From NCBI GenBank assembly GCA_964057225.1, contig OZ059899.1, forward strand, positions 18,972,001-19,036,000: 64,000 nucleotides of DNA. Reading direction: 5' to 3'. This DNA comes from Auanema rhodensis (taxonomy: Eukaryota > Animalia > Nematoda). Within the stretch, counting starts at the first letter, position 1. Each line of letters opens with the position of its first letter. The notes under the pieces were generated by a model that saw only the letters and a program-made list of their open reading frames with translations, did no database searches and was not told the DNA's origin. Below, one piece after another: positions 26,668 through 41,409 of the stretch. A program made the translations under genes and the position numbers.

Positions 26668-29600
26668 TTGAAAAATGATGCATTAGTGTATGTTGAGTTT
26701 CCATGTACACTCAACATTGCTTCCAAAAACATTTTGACAAAAATTTTTCCGAAAAATTACAAAATAATTTCGCAAAAAATAGAAGTTTTTAGATTCCTTT
26801 TTTCAAGGCAAAGACGATGGACAATGTTATTCAACGAAAAAATTAATTCTGCAGAGTGAAAATCGAGGATATAAGTGTGAACTTATATCAGTTGATATCT
26901 CTGTGAATTTTTAAGCTAGCGCAAATCTGATAAAACAGATCGACGCAGCTTAAAAATCCGCATCGAATGCACTATACAACATTGAGAAACGCTTAATACA
27001 AAAATTAGTTATGATCGCTTGAAAAAAGATGCATTAGTGTATGTTGAGTTTCCATGTACACTCAACATTGCTTCCAAAAACATTTTGACAAAAATTTTTC
27101 CGAAAAATTTCAAAATAATTTCGCAAAAAATAGAAGTTTTTAGATTCCTTTTTTCAAGGCAAAGACGATGGACAATGTTATTCAACGAAAAAATTAATTC
27201 TGCAGAGTGAAAATCGAGGATATAAGTGTGAACTTATATCAGTTGATATCTCGGTGAATTTTTAAGCTAGCGCAAATCTGATAAAACAGATCGACGCAGC
27301 TTAAAAATCCGCATCGAATGCACTATACAACATTGAGAAACGCTTAATACAAAAATTAGTTATGATCGTTTGAAAAATGATGCATTAGTGTATGTTGAGT
27401 TTCCATGTACACTCAACATTGCTTCCAAAAACATTTTGACAAAAATTTTTTCGAAAAATTTCAGAATATTTTAGCAAAAAATAGTTGTTTTTAGATTCCT
27501 TTTCTCAAAGCAAAGACGATGGACAATGTTATTCAACGAAAAAATTAATTCTGCAGGGTGAAAATCGAGGATATAAGTGTGAACTTATATCAGTTGATAT
27601 CTCGGTGAATTTTTAAGCTAGCGCAAATCTGATAAAACAGATCGACGCAGCTTAAAAATCCGCATCGAATGCACTATACAACATTGAGAAACGCTTAATA
27701 CAAAAATTAGTTATGATCGTTTGAAAAAAGATGCATTAGTGTATGTTGAGTTTCCATGTACACTCAACATTGCTTCCAAAAACATTTTGACAAAAATTTT
27801 TCCGAAAAATTTCAAAATAATTTCGCAAAAAATAAAAGTTTTTAGATTCCTTTTTTCAAGGCAAAGACGATGGACAATGTTATTCAACGAAAAAATTAAT
27901 TCTGCAGAGTGAAAATCGAGGATATAAATGTGAACTTATATCAGTTGATATCTCGGTGAATTTTTAAGCTAGCGCAAATCTGATAAAACAGATCAACGCA
28001 GCTTAAAAATCCGCATCGAAAGCACTATACAACATTGAGAAACGCTTAATACAAAAATTAGTTATGATCGTTTGAAAAAAGATGCATTAGTGTATGTTGA
28101 GTTTCCATGTACACTCAACATTGCTTCCAAAAACATTTTGACAAAAATTTTTCCGAAAAATTTCAAAATAATTTCGCAAAAAATAGAAGTTTTTAGATTC
28201 CTTTTTTCAAGGCAAAGACGATGGACAATGTTATTCAACGAAAAAATTAATTCTGCAGAGTGAAAATCGAGGATATAAGTGTGAACTTATATCAGTTGAT
28301 ATCTCGGTGCATTTTTAAGCTAGCGCAAATCTGATAACACAGATCGATGCAGCTTAAAAAGCCGCATCGAATGCACTATACAACATTGAGAAACGCTTAA
28401 TACAAAAATTAGTTATGATCGTTTGAAAAATGATGCATTAGTGTATGTTGAGTTTCCATGTACACTCAACATTGCTTCCAAAAACATTTTGACAAAAATT
28501 TTTCCGAAAAATTACAAAATAATTTCGCAAAAAATAGAAGTTTTTAGATTCCTTTTTTCAAGGCAAAGACGATGGACAATGTTATTCAACGAAAAAATTA
28601 ATTCTGCAGAGTGAAAATCGAGGATATAAGTGTGAACTTATATCAGTTGATATCTCTGTGAATTTTTAAGCTAGCGCAAATCTGATAAAACAGATCGACG
28701 CAGCTTAAAAATCCGCATCGAATGCACTATACAACATTGAGAAACGCTTAATACAAAAATTAGTTATGATCGCTTGAAAAAAGATGCATTAGTGTATGTT
28801 GAGTTTCCATGTACACTCAACATTGCTTCCAAAAACATTTTGACAAAAATTTTTCCGAAAAATTTCAAAATAATTTCGCAAAAAATAGAAGTTTTTAGAT
28901 TCCTTTTTTCAAGGCAAAGACGATGGACAATGTTATTCAACGAAAAAATTAATTCTGCAGAGTGAAAATCGAGGATATAAGTGTGAACTTATATCAGTTG
29001 ATATCTCGGTGCATTTTTAAGCTAGCGCAAATCTGATAACACAGATCGATGCAGCTTAAAAAGCCGCATCGAATGCACTATACAACATTGAGAAACGCTT
29101 AATACAAAAATTAGTTATGATCGTTTGAAAAATGATGCATTAGTGTATGTTGAGTTTCCATGTACACTCAACATTGCTTCCAAAAACATTTTGACAAAAA
29201 TTTTTCCGAAAAATTACAAAATAATTTCGCAAAAAATAGAAGTTTTTAGATTCCTTTTTTCAAGGCAAAGACGATGGACAATGTTATTCAACGAAAAAAT
29301 TAATTCTGCAGAGTGAAAATCGAGGATATAAGTGTGAACTTATATCAGTTGATATCTCTGTGAATTTTTAAGCTAGCGCAAATCTGATAAAACAGATCGA
29401 CGCAGCTTAAAAATCCGCATCGAATGCACTATACAACATTGAGAAACGCTTAATACAAAAATTAGTTATGATCGCTTGAAAAAAGATGCATTAGTGTATG
29501 TTGAGTTTCCATGTACACTCAACATTGCTTCCAAAAACATTTTGACAAAAATTTTTCCGAAAAATTTCAAAATAATTTCGCAAAAAATAGAAGTTTTTAG

Positions 29601-30879
29601 ATTCCTTTTTTCAAGGCAAAGACGATGGACAATGTTATTCAACGAAAAAATTAATTCTGCAGAGTGAAAATCGAGGATATAAGTGTGAACTTATATCAGT
29701 TGATATCTCGGTGAATTTTTAAGCTAGCGCAAATCTGATAAAACAGATCGACGCAGCTTAAAAATCCGCATCGAATGCACTATACAACATTGAGAAACGC
29801 TTAATACAAAAATTAGTTATGATCGTTTGAAAAATGATGCATTAGTGTATGTTGAGTTTCCATGTACACTCAACATTGCTTCCAAAAACATTTTGACAAA
29901 AATTTTTTCGAAAAATTTCAGAATATTTTAGCAAAAAATAGTTGTTTTTAGATTCCTTTTCTCAAAGCAAAGACGATGGACAATGTTATTCAACGAAAAA
30001 ATTAATTCTGCAGGGTGAAAATCGAGGATATAAGTGTGAACTTATATCAGTTGATATCTCGGTGAATTTTTAAGCTAGCGCAAATCTGATAAAACAGATC
30101 GACGCAGCTTAAAAATCCGCATCGAATGCACTATACAACATTGAGAAACGCTTAATACAAAAATTAGTTATGATCGTTTGAAAAAAGATGCATTAGTGTA
30201 TGTTGAGTTTCCATGTACACTCAACATTGCTTCCAAAAACATTTTGACAAAAATTTTTCCGAAAAATTTCAAAATAATTTCGCAAAAAATAGAAGTTTTT
30301 AGATTCCTTTTTTCAAGGCAAAGACGATGGACAATGTTATTCAACGAAAAAATTAATTCTGCAGAGTGAAAATCGAGGATATAAATGTGAACTTATATCA
30401 GTTGATATCTCGGTGAATTTTTAAGCTAGCGCAAATCTGATAAAACAGATCAACGCAGCTTAAAAATCCGCATCGAAAGCACTATACAACATTGAGAAAC
30501 GCTTAATACAAAAATTAGTTATGATCGTTTGAAAAAAGATGCATTAGTGTATGTTGAGTTTCCATGTACACTCAACATTGCTTCCAAAAACATTTTGACA
30601 AAAATTTTTCCGAAAAATTTCAAAATAATTTCGCAAAAAATAGAAGTTTTTAGATTCCTTTTTTCAAGGCAAAGACGATGGACAATGTTATTCAACGAAA
30701 AAATTAATTCTGCAGAGTGAAAATCGAGGATATAAGTGTGAACTTATATCAGTTGATATCTCGGTGCATTTTTAAGCTAGCGCAAATCTGATAACACAGA
30801 TCGATGCAGCTTAAAAAGCCGCATCGAATGCACTATACAACATTGAGAAACGCTTAATACAAAAATTAGTTATGATCGT
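26668..30879. repeat. 5-mer + 2-mer + 5-mer arrangement (5-mer repeated at offset 2457 = 7 x 351)
   Basis: 'aaattac' units at 26668, 28423 and 29125, each followed by a 'tcgcttg' unit. TAG-type 'ctcaaagc' units at 27370/29827; 'gatataaatg' after 27721/30178. Confidence 0.85.
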
Positions 30880-31581
30880 TTGAAAAATGATGCATTAGTG
30901 TATGTTGAGTTTCCATGTACACTCAACATTGCTTCCAAAAACATTTTGACAAAAATTTTTCCGAAAAATTTCAAAATAATTTTGCAAAAAGTAGATGTTT
31001 TTAGATTCCTTTTTTCAAGGCAAAGACGATGGACAATGTTATTCAACGAAAAAATTAATTCTCCAGGGTGAAAATCGAGGATGTAAGTGTGAACTTATAT
31101 CAGTTGATATCTCGGTGCATTTTTAAGCTAGCGCAAATCTGATAACACAGATCGACGCAGCTTAAAAATCCGCATCGAATGCACTATACTACATTGAGAA
31201 ACGCTTAATACAAAAATTAGTTATGATCGTTTGAAAAATGATGCATTAGTGTATGTTGAGTTTCCATGTACACTCAACATTGCTTCCAAAAACATTTTTA
31301 CAAAAATTTTTCCGAAAAATTTCAAAACAATTTCGCAAAAAGTAGATGTTTTTAGATTCCTTTTTTCAAGGCAAAGACGATGGACAATGTTATTCAACGA
31401 AAAAATTAATTCTGCAGGGTGAAAATCGAGGATATAAGTGTGAACTTATATCAGTTGATATCTCGGTGCATTTTTAAGCTAGCGCAAATCTGATAACACA
31501 GATCGACGCAGCTTAAAAAGCCGCATCGAATGCACTATACAACATTGAGAAACGCTTAATACAAAAATTAGTTATGATCGT

Positions 31582-33687
31582 TTGAAAAATGATGCATTAG
31601 TGTATGTTGAGTTTCCATGTACACTCAACATTGCTTCCAAAAACATTTTTACAAAAATTTTTCCGAAAAATTTCGAAACAATTTCGCAAAAAATAGATGT
31701 TTTTAGATTCCTTTTTTCAAGGCAAAGACGATGGACATTGTTATTCAACGAAAAAATTAATTCTGCAGGGTGAAAATCGAGGATATAAGTGTGAACTTAT
31801 ATCAGTTGATATCTCGGTGCATTTTTAAGCTAGCGCAAATCTGATAACACAGATCGACGCAGCTTAAAAATCCGCATCGAATGCACTATACTACATTGAG
31901 AAACGCTTAATACAAAAATTAGTTATGATCGTTTGAAAAATGATGCATTAGTGTATGTTGAGTTTCCATGTACACTCAACATTGCTTCCAAAAACATTTT
32001 TACAAAAATTTTTCCGAAAAATTTCGAAACAATTTCGCAAAAAATAGATGTTTTTAGATTCCTTTTTTCAAGGCAAAGACGATGGACATTGTTATTCAAC
32101 GAAAAAATTAATTCTGCAGGGTGAAAATCGAGGATATAAGTGTGAACTTATATCAGTTGATATCTCGGTGCATTTTTAAGCTAGCGCAAATCTGATAACA
32201 CAGATCGACGCAGCTTAAAAATCCGCATCGAATGCACTATACTACATTGAGAAACGCTTAATACAAAAATTAGTTATGATCGTTTGAAAAATGATGCATT
32301 AGTGTATGTTGAGTTTCCATGTACACTCAACATTGCTTCCAAAAACATTTTTACAAAAATTTTTCCGAAAAATTTCGAAACAATTTCGCAAAAAGTAGAT
32401 GTTTTTAGATTCCTTTTTTCAAGGCAAAGACGATGGACTATGTTATTCAACGAAAAAATTAATTCTGCAGGGTGAAAATCGAGGATATAAGTGTGAACTT
32501 ATATCAGTTGATATCTCGGTGCATTTTTAAGCTAGCGCAAATCTGATAACACAGATCGACGCAGCTTAAAAAGCCGCATCGAATGCACTATACAACATTG
32601 AGAAACGCTTAATACAAAAATTAGTTATGATCGTTTGAAAAATGATGCATTAGTGTATGTTGAGTTTCCATGTACACTCAACATTGCTTCCAAAAACATT
32701 TTTACAAAAATTTTTCCGAAAAATTTCGAAACAATTTCGCAAAAAATAGATGTTTTTAGATTCCTTTTTTCAAGGCAAAGACGATGGACATTGTTATTCA
32801 ACGAAAAAATTAATTCTGCAGGGTGAAAATCGAGGATATAAGTGTGAACTTATATCAGTTGATATCTCGGTGCATTTTTAAGCTAGCGCAAATCTGATAA
32901 CACAGATCGACGCAGCTTAAAAATCCGCATCGAATGCACTATACTACATTGAGAAACGCTTAATACAAAAATTAGTTATGATCGTTTGAAAAATGATGCA
33001 TTAGTGTATGTTGAGTTTCCATGTACACTCAACATTGCTTCCAAAAACATTTTTACAAAAATTTTTCCGAAAAATTTCGAAACAATTTCGCAAAAAATAG
33101 ATGTTTTTAGATTCCTTTTTTCAAGGCAAAGACGATGGACATTGTTATTCAACGAAAAAATTAATTCTGCAGGGTGAAAATCGAGGATATAAGTGTGAAC
33201 TTATATCAGTTGATATCTCGGTGCATTTTTAAGCTAGCGCAAATCTGATAACACAGATCGACGCAGCTTAAAAATCCGCATCGAATGCACTATACTACAT
33301 TGAGAAACGCTTAATACAAAAATTAGTTATGATCGTTTGAAAAATGATGCATTAGTGTATGTTGAGTTTCCATGTACACTCAACATTGCTTCCAAAAACA
33401 TTTTTACAAAAATTTTTCCGAAAAATTTCGAAACAATTTCGCAAAAAGTAGATGTTTTTAGATTCCTTTTTTCAAGGCAAAGACGATGGACTATGTTATT
33501 CAACGAAAAAATTAATTCTGCAGGGTGAAAATCGAGGATATAAATGTGAACTTATATCAGTTGATATCTCGGTGCATTTTTAAGCTAGCGCAAATCTGAT
33601 AACACAGATCGATGCAGCTTAAAAATCCGCATCGAATGCACTATACTACATTGAGAAACGCTTAATACAAAAATTAGTTATGATCGT
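31582..33687. repeat. 3-mer higher-order repeat x2 (period 1053 bp)
   Basis: Units 31582/31933/32284 are repeated at 32635/32986/33337 (two 'atagat...acattg' units then one 'ggactatg' unit). Confidence 0.85.
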
Positions 33688-36600
33688 TTGAAAAATGATG
33701 CATTAGTGTATGTTGAGTTTCCATGTACACTCAACATTGCTTCCAAAAACATTTTTACAAAAATTTTTCCGAAAAATTTCGAAATAATTTCGCAGAAAGT
33801 AGATGTTTTTAGATTCCTTTTTTCAAGGCAAAGACGATGGACATTGTTATTCAACGAAAAAATTAATTCTGCAGGGTGAAAATCGAGGATATAAGTGTGA
33901 ACTTATATCAGTTGATATCTCGGTGCATTTTTAAGCTAGCGCAAATCTGATAACACAGATCGACGCAGCTTAAAAATCCGCATCGAATGCACTATACTAC
34001 ATTGAGAAACGCTTAATACAAAAATTAGTTATGATCGTTTGAAAAATGATGCATTAGTGTATGTTGAGTTTCCATGTACACTCAACATTGCTTCCAAAAA
34101 CATTTTGACAAAAATTTTTTCGAAAAATTTAAGAATATTTTAGCAAAAAAAAGTTGTTTTTAGATTCCTTTTCTCAAGGCAAAGACGATGGACAATGTTA
34201 TTCAACGAAAAAATTAATTCTGCAGGGTGAAAATCGAGGATATAAGTGTGAACTTATATCAGTTGATATCTCGGTGCATTTTTAAGCTAGCGCAAATCTG
34301 ATAACACAGATCGACGCAGCTTAAAAATCCGCATCGAATGCACTATACTACATTGAGAAACGCTTGATACAAAAATTAGTTATGATCGTTTGAAAAAAGA
34401 TGCATTAGTGTATGTTGAGTTTCCATGTACACTCAACATTGCTTCCAAAAACATTTTGACAAAAATTTTTCCGAAAAATTTCAAAATAATTTCGCAAAAA
34501 ATAGAAGTTTTTAGATTCCTTTTTTTAAGGCAAAGACGATGGACAATGTTATTCAACGAAAAAATTAATTCTGCAGAGTGAAAATCGAGGATATAAGTGT
34601 GAACTTATATCAGTTGATATCTCGGTGAATTTTTAAGCTAGCGCAAATCTGATAACACAGATCGACGCAGCTTAAAAATCCGCATCGAATGCACTATACA
34701 ACATTGAGAAACGCTTAATACAAAAATTAGTTATGATCGTTTGAAAAATGATGCATTAGTGTATGTTGAGTTTCCATGTACACTCAACATTGCTTCCAAA
34801 AACATTTTGACAAAAATTTTTTCGAAAAATTTCAGAATATTTTAGCAAAAAATAGTTGTTTTTAGATTCCTTCTCTCAAGGCAAAGACGATGGACAATGT
34901 TATTCAACGAAAAAATTAATTCTGCAGGGTGAAAATCGAGGATATAAGTGTGAACTTATATCAGTTGATATCTCGGTGCATTTTTAAGCTAGCGCAAATC
35001 TGATAACACAGATCGACGCAGCTTAAAAATCCGCATCGAATGCACTATACTACATTGAGAAACGCTTAATACAAAAATTAGTTATGATCGTTTGAAAAAT
35101 GATGCATTAGTGTATGTTGAGTTTCCATGTACACTCAACATTGCTTCCAAAAACATTTTTACAAAAATTTTTCCGAAAAATTTCAGAATATTTTAGCAAA
35201 AAATAGTTGTTTTTAGATTCCTTCTCTCAAGGCAAAGACGATGGACAATGTTATTCAACGAAAAAATTAATTCTGCAGAGTGAAAATCGAGGATATAAGT
35301 GTGAACTTATATCAGTTGATATCTCGGTGAATTTTCAAGCTAGCGCAAATCTGATAACACAGATCGACGCAGCTTAAAAATCCGCATCGAATGCACTATA
35401 CAACATTAAGAAACGCTTAATACAAAAATTAGTTATGATCGTTTGAAAAATGATGCATTAGTGTATGTTGAGTTTCCATGTACACTCAACATTGCTTCCA
35501 AAAACATTTTGACAAAAATTTTTCCGAAAAATTTCAAAATAATTTCGCAAAAAATAGAAGTTTTTAGATTCCTTTTTTCAAGGCAAAGACGATGGACAAT
35601 GTTATTCAACGAAAAAATTAATTCTGCAGAGTGAAAATCGAGGATATAAGTGTAAACTTATATCAGTTGATATCTCGGTGCATTTTTAAGCTAGCGCAAA
35701 TCTGATAACACAGATCGACGCAGCTTAAAAATCCGCATCGAATGCACTATACAACATTGAGAAACGCTTAATACAAAAATTAGTTATGATCGTTTGAAAA
35801 ATGATGCATTAGTGTATGTTGAGTTTCCATGTACACTCAACATTGCTTCCAAAAACATTTTGACAAAAATTTTTCCGAAAAATTTCAAAATAATTTCGCA
35901 AAAAGTAGATGTTTTTAGATTCCTTTTTTCAAGGCAAAGACGATGGACAATGTTATTCAACGAAAAAATTAATTCTCCAGGGTGAAAATCGAGGATGTAA
36001 GTGTGAACTTATATCAGTTGATATCTCGGTGCATTTTTAAGCTAGCGCAAATCTGATAACACAGATCGACGCAGCTTAAAAATCCGCATCGAATGCACTA
36101 TACAACATTGAGAAACGCTTGATACAAAAATTAGTTATGATCGTTTGAAAAAAGATGCATTAGTGTATGTTGAGTTTCCATGTACACTCAACATTGCTTC
36201 CAAAAACATTTTGACAAAAATTTTTCCAAAAAATTTCAAAATAATTTCGCAAAAAGTAAATGTTTTTAGATTCCGTTTTTCAAGGCAAAGACGATGGACA
36301 ATGTTATTCAACGAAAAAATTAATTCTGCAGAATGAAAATCGAGGATATAAGTGTGAACTTATATCAGTTGATATCTCGGTGCATTTTTAAGCTAGCGCA
36401 AATCTGATAACACAGATCGACGCAGCTTAAAAATCCGCATCGAATGCACTATACTACATTGAGAAACGCTTAATACAAAAATTAGTTATGATCGTTTGAA
36501 AAAAGATGCATTAGTGTATGTTGAGTTTCCATGTACACTCAACATTGCTTCCAAAAACATTTTGACAAAAATTTTTCCGAAAAATTTCAAAATAATTTCG

Positions 36601-39600
36601 CAAAAAATAGAAGTTTTTAGATTCCTTTTTTCAAGGCAAAGACGAAGGACAATGTTATTCAACGAAAAAATTAATTCTGCAGAGTGAAAATCGAGGATAT
36701 AAGTGTGAACTTATATCAGTTGATATCTCTGTGAATTTTTAAGCTAGCGCAAATCTGATAAAACAGATCGACGCAGCTTAAAAATCCGCATCGAATGCAC
36801 TATACAACATTGAGAAACGCTTAATACAAAAATTAGTTATGATCGTTTGAAAAAAGATGCATTAGTGTATGTTGAGTTTCCATGTACACTCAACATTGCT
36901 TCCAAAAACATTTTGACAAAAATTTTTCCGAAAAATTTCAAAATAATTTCGCAAAAAATAGAAGTTTTTAGATTCCTTTTTTCAAGGCAAAGACGATGGA
37001 CAATGTTATTCAACGAAAAAATTAATTCTGCAGAGTGAAAATCGAGGATATAAGTGTGAACTTATATCAGTTGATATCTCGGTGAATTTTTAAGCTAGCG
37101 CAAATCTGATAACACAGATCGACGCAGCTTAAAAATCCGCATCGAATGCACTATACAACATTGAGAAACGCTTAATACAAAAATTAGTTATGATCGTTTG
37201 AAAAATGATGCATTAGTGTATGTTGAGTTTCCATGTACACTCAACATTGCTTCCAAAAACATTTTGACAAAAATTTTTTCGAAAAATTTCAGAATATTTT
37301 AGCAAAAAATAGTTGTTTTTAGATTCCTTCTCTCAAGGCAAAGACGATGGACAATGTTATTCAACGAAAAAATTAATTCTGCAGGGTGAAAATCGAGGAT
37401 ATAAGTGTGAACTTATATCAGTTGATATCTCGGTGCATTTTTAAGCTAGCGCAAATCTGATAACACAGATCGACGCAGCTTAAAAATCCGCATCGAATGC
37501 ACTATACAACATTGAGAAACGCTTGATACAAAAATTAGTTATGATCGTTTGAAAAAAGATGCATTAGTGTACGTTGAGTTTCCATGTACACTCAACATTG
37601 CTTCCAAAAACATTTTGACAAAAATTTTTCCAAAAAATTTCAAAATAATTTCGCAAAAAGTAAATGTTTTTAGATTCCGTTTTTCAAGGCAAAGACGATG
37701 GACAATGTTATTCAACGAAAAAATTAATTCTGCAGAATGAAAATCGAGGATATAAGTGTGAACTTATATCAGTTGATATCTCGGTGCATTTTTAAGCTAG
37801 CGCAAATCTGATAACACAGATCGACGCAGCTTAAAAATCCGCATCGAATGCACTATACTACATTGAGAAACGCTTAATACAAAAATTAGTTATGATCGTT
37901 TGAAAAAAGATGCATTAGTGTATGTTGAGTTTCCATGTACACTCAACATTGCTTCCAAAAACATTTTGACAAAAATTTTTCCGAAAAATTTCAAAATAAT
38001 TTCGCAAAAAATAGAAGTTTTTAGATTCCTTTTTTCAAGGCAAAGACGATGGACAATGTTATTCAACGAAAAAATTAATTCTGCAGAGTGAAAATCGAGG
38101 ATATAAGTGTGAACTTATATCAGTTGATATCTCGGTGCATTTTTAAGCTAGCGCAAATCTGATAACACAGATCGACGCAGCTTAAAAATCCGCATCGAAT
38201 GCACTATACAACATTGAGAAACGCTTAATACAAAAATTAGTTATGATCGTTTGAAAAATGATGCATTAGTGTATGTTGAGTTTCCATGTACACTCAACAT
38301 TGCTTCCAAAAACATTTTGACAAAAATTTTTCCGAAAAATTTCAAAATAATTTCGCAAAAAATAGAAGTTTTTAGATTCCTTTTTTCAAGGCAAAGACGA
38401 TGGACAATGTTATTCAACGAAAAAATTAATTCTGCAGAGTGAAAATCGAGGATATAAGTGTAAACTTATATCAGTTGATATCTCGGTGCATTTTTAAGCT
38501 AGCGCAAATCTGATAACACAGATCGACGCAGCTTAAAAATCCGCATCGAATGCACTATACAACATTGAGAAACGCTTAATACAAAAATTAGTTATGATCG
38601 TTTGAAAAATGATGCATTAGTGTATGTTGAGTTTCCATGTACACTCAACATTGCTTCCAAAAACATTTTGACAAAAATTTTTCCGAAAAATTTCAAAATA
38701 ATTTCGCAAAAAGTAGATGTTTTTAGATTCCTTCTTTCAAGGCAAAGACGATGGACAATGTTATTCAACGAAAAAATTAATTCTCCAGGGTGAAAATCGA
38801 GGATGTAAGTGTGAACTTATATCAGTTGATATCTCGGTGCATTTTTAAGCTAGCGCAAATCTGATAACACAGATCGACGCAGCTTAAAAATCCGCATCGA
38901 ATGCACTATACAACATTGAGAAACGCTTGATACAAAAATTAGTTATGATCGTTTGAAAAAAGATGCATTAGTGTATGTTGAGTTTCCATGTACACTCAAC
39001 ATTGCTTCCAAAAACATTTTGACAAAAATTTTTCCAAAAAATTTCAAAATAATTTCGCAAGAAGTAAATGTTTTTAGATTCCGTTTTTCAAGGCAAAGAC
39101 GATGGACAATGTTATTCAACGAAAAAATTAATTCTGCAGAATGAAAATCGAGGATATAAGTGTGAACTTATATCAGTTGATATCTCGGTGCATTTTTAAG
39201 CTAGCGCAAATCTGATAACACAGATCGACGCAGCTTAAAAATCCGCATCGAATGCACTATACTACATTGAGAAACGCTTAATACAAAAATTAGTTATGAT
39301 CGTTTGAAAAAAGATGCATTAGTGTATGTTGAGTTTCCATGTACACTCAACATTGCTTCCAAAAACATTTTGACAAAAATTTTTCCGAAAAATTTCAAAA
39401 TAATTTCGCAAAAAATAGAAGTTTTTAGATTCCTTTTTTCAAGGCAAAGACGATGGACAATGTTATTCAACGAAAAAATTAATTCTGCAGAGTGAAAATC
39501 GAGGATATAAGTGTGAACTTATATCAGTTGATATCTCGGTGCATTTTTAAGCTAGCGCAAATCTGATAACACAGATCGACGCAGCTTAAAAATCCGCATC

Positions 39601-39654
39601 GAATGCACTATACAACATTGAGAAACGCTTAATACAAAAATTAGTTATGATCGT

Positions 39655-41409
39655 TTGAAAAATGATGCATTAGTGTATGTTGAGTTTCCATGTACACTCA
39701 ACATTGCTTCCAAAAACATTTTGACAAAAATTTTTCCGAAAAATTTCAAAATAATTTCGCAAAAAGTAGATGTTTTTAGATTCCTTTTTTCAAGGCAAAG
39801 ACGATGGACAATGTTATTCAACGAAAAAATTAATTCTCCAGGGTGAAAATCGAGGATGTAAGTGTGAACTTATATCAGTTGATATCTCGGTGCATTTTTA
39901 AGCTAGCGCAAATCTGATAACACAGATCGACGCAGCTTAAAAATCCGCATCGAATGCACTATACAACATTAAGAAACGCTTAATACAAAAATTAGTTATG
40001 ATCGTTTGAAAAATGATGCATTAGTGTATGTTGAGTTTCCATGTACACTCAACATTGCTTCCAAAAACATTTTGACAAAAATTTTTCCGAAAAATTTCAA
40101 AATAATTTCGCAAAAAATAGAAGTTTTTAGATTCCTTTTTTCAAGGCAAAGACGATGGACAATGTTATTCAACGAAAAAATTAATTCTGCAGAGTGAAAA
40201 TCGAGGATATAAGTGTAAACTTATATCAGTTGATATCTCGGTGCATTTTTAAGCTAGCGCAAATCTGATAACACAGATCGACGCAGCTTAAAAATCCGCA
40301 TCGAATGCACTATACAACATTGAGAAACGCTTAATACAAAAATTAGTTATGATCGTTTGAAAAATGATGCATTAGTGTATGTTGAGTTTCCATGTACACT
40401 CAACATTGCTTCCAAAAACATTTTGACAAAAATTTTTCCGAAAAATTTCAAAATAATTTCGCAAAAAGTAGATGTTTTTAGATTCCTTTTTTCAAGGCAA
40501 AGACGATGGACAATGTTATTCAACGAAAAAATTAATTCTCCAGGGTGAAAATCGAGGATGTAAGTGTGAACTTATATCAGTTGATATCTCGGTGCATTTT
40601 TAAGCTAGCGCAAATCTGATAACACAGATCGACGCAGCTTAAAAATCCGCATCGAATGCACTATACAACATTAAGAAACGCTTAATACAAAAATTAGTTA
40701 TGATCGTTTGAAAAATGATGCATTAGTGTATGTTGAGTTTCCATGTACACTCAACATTGCTTCCAAAAACATTTTGACAAAAATTTTTCCGAAAAATTTC
40801 AAAATAATTTCGCAAAAAATAGAAGTTTTTAGATTCCTTTTTTCAAGGCAAAGACGATGGACAATGTTATTCAACGAAAAAATTAATTCTGCAGAGTGAA
40901 AATCGAGGATATAAGTGTAAACTTATATCAGTTGATATCTCGGTGCATTTTTAAGCTAGCGCAAATCTGATAACACAGATCGACGCAGCTTAAAAATCCG
41001 CATCGAATGCACTATACAACATTGAGAAACGCTTAATACAAAAATTAGTTATGATCGTTTGAAAAATGATGCATTAGTGTATGTTGAGTTTCCATGTACA
41101 CTCAACATTGCTTCCAAAAACATTTTGACAAAAATTTTTCCGAAAAATTTCAAAATAATTTCGCAAAAAGTAGATGTTTTTAGATTCCTTTTTTCAAGGC
41201 AAAGACGATGGACAATGTTATTCAACGAAAAAATTAATTCTCCAGGGTGAAAATCGAGGATGTAAGTGTGAACTTATATCAGTTGATATCTCGGTGCATT
41301 TTTAAGCTAGCGCAAATCTGATAACACAGATCGACGCAGCTTAAAAATCCGCATCGAATGCACTATACAACATTGAGAAACGCTTGATACAAAAATTAGT
41401 TATGATCGT
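39655..41409. repeat. 2-mer higher-order repeat (period 702 bp)
   Basis: 'ctccaggg/gatgta' units (39655, 40357, 41059) alternate with 'gcagag/gtgtaaac' units (40006, 40708). Confidence 0.85.
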
